In this document: positions 31,880 through 32,000 of the stretch, piece after piece
Position numbering within the stretch: position 1 is the first letter of the stretch
Layout: each line of letters begins with the position of its first letter
Assembly (NCBI RefSeq): GCF_000025505.1
Contig: NC_013849.1
Coordinates: 1 to 32,000, forward strand
Length of the DNA: 32,000 bases
Source of the DNA: Ferroglobus placidus DSM 10642
Lineage (GTDB): Archaea; Halobacteriota; Archaeoglobi; Archaeoglobales; Archaeoglobaceae
Direction of reading: 5' to 3'
The notes under the pieces: generated by a model
Seen by the model: the letters and a program-made list of their open reading frames with translations, nothing else
The model's database searches: none
What the model was told of the DNA's origin: nothing
Position numbers and translations under genes: made by a program

Positions 31880-32000
31880 GGAGAAGCAATCTGCAACCCA
31901 TGTGAATTTCGAACTGATATCGGTAATGAAAGATAACTCCACTTACAAAGCGGTTGTATTTATCAAATCAATTGAGCGTAATAAATCCATTCCTGTTTCA
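31818..32000 (+). CDS. Predicted lipoprotein, 5' part only (runs off the window)
   Basis: My hand translation gives MGKLKFFLAAVILLALCGCIEEKQSATHVNFELISVMKDNSTYKAVVFIKSIERNKSIPVS..., a signal sequence with a lipobox-like LCGC. There is no stop before the window end. It overlaps the previous ORF by 62 nt. Confidence 0.4.
   Translation, partial: MGKLKFFLAAVILLALCGCIEEKQSATHVNFELISVMKDNSTYKAVVFIKSIERNKSIPVS

Noticed and set aside
1-32000. Search for CRISPR arrays, rRNA genes, IS elements/transposases, integrases, and att-type direct repeats of the tRNA-Val/tRNA-Gly 3' halves
   Set aside because: Reading the sequence showed no regularly spaced 24-40-nt direct repeats, no rRNA-like segments, no DDE/HUH/tyrosine-recombinase-like ORFs, and no second copy of either tRNA 3' half. 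Exhaustive repeat detection needs a program.

Overview
This looks like an archaeal chromosomal segment, best matching an Archaeoglobales-type euryarchaeon. That is inferred from gene content only: Orc1/Cdc6, F420 FO-synthase cofG/cofH, GHMP-type shikimate kinase, siroheme decarboxylase plus precorrin-2 dehydrogenase of the alternative haem route, archaeal ribosomal proteins and ATP-dependent DNA ligase. No database search was possible. Positions 1-24.9 kb are densely packed core genes, many translationally coupled by 4-29 nt overlaps. They include cdc6; a cofG-cofH-DUF255-like-aroK operon; a MacB/FtsX-type ABC exporter operon headed by a wHTH regulator and an exported beta-sandwich protein; tRNA-Val(UAC); RNase P protein Rnp4; fused AhbA/B and SirC; and an operon of three tandem peptidase-U32-family paralogs plus a hotdog thioesterase next to a radical-SAM gene. 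They also include a RelE-type toxin-antitoxin pair with two frameshifted TA-like remnants downstream of tRNA-Gly(CCC); an MFS transporter; DNA ligase; and the conserved archaeal string YhbY-S19e-PDCD5-like-L39e-L31e-aIF6-LX-prefoldin alpha-FtsY. L39e is absent from the supplied ORF track and was found by hand. From 25.1 kb to the window end there is a co-directional, tightly packed accessory cluster with no recognisable enzymes. It encodes a zinc-ribbon/wHTH protein with a (G/x)D acidic tail, a ~945-aa lipobox protein with tandem Ig-like repeats, a small protein resembling the regulator's central module, two paralogous membrane proteins with cohesin-like ectodomains flanking an 8-bladed beta-propeller, and a further lipobox protein running off the window. 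This cluster is the best candidate for an undescribed (cell-envelope) system, and the U32 x3/hotdog operon is a second candidate. I recognised no rRNA, CRISPR array, transposase or integrase.
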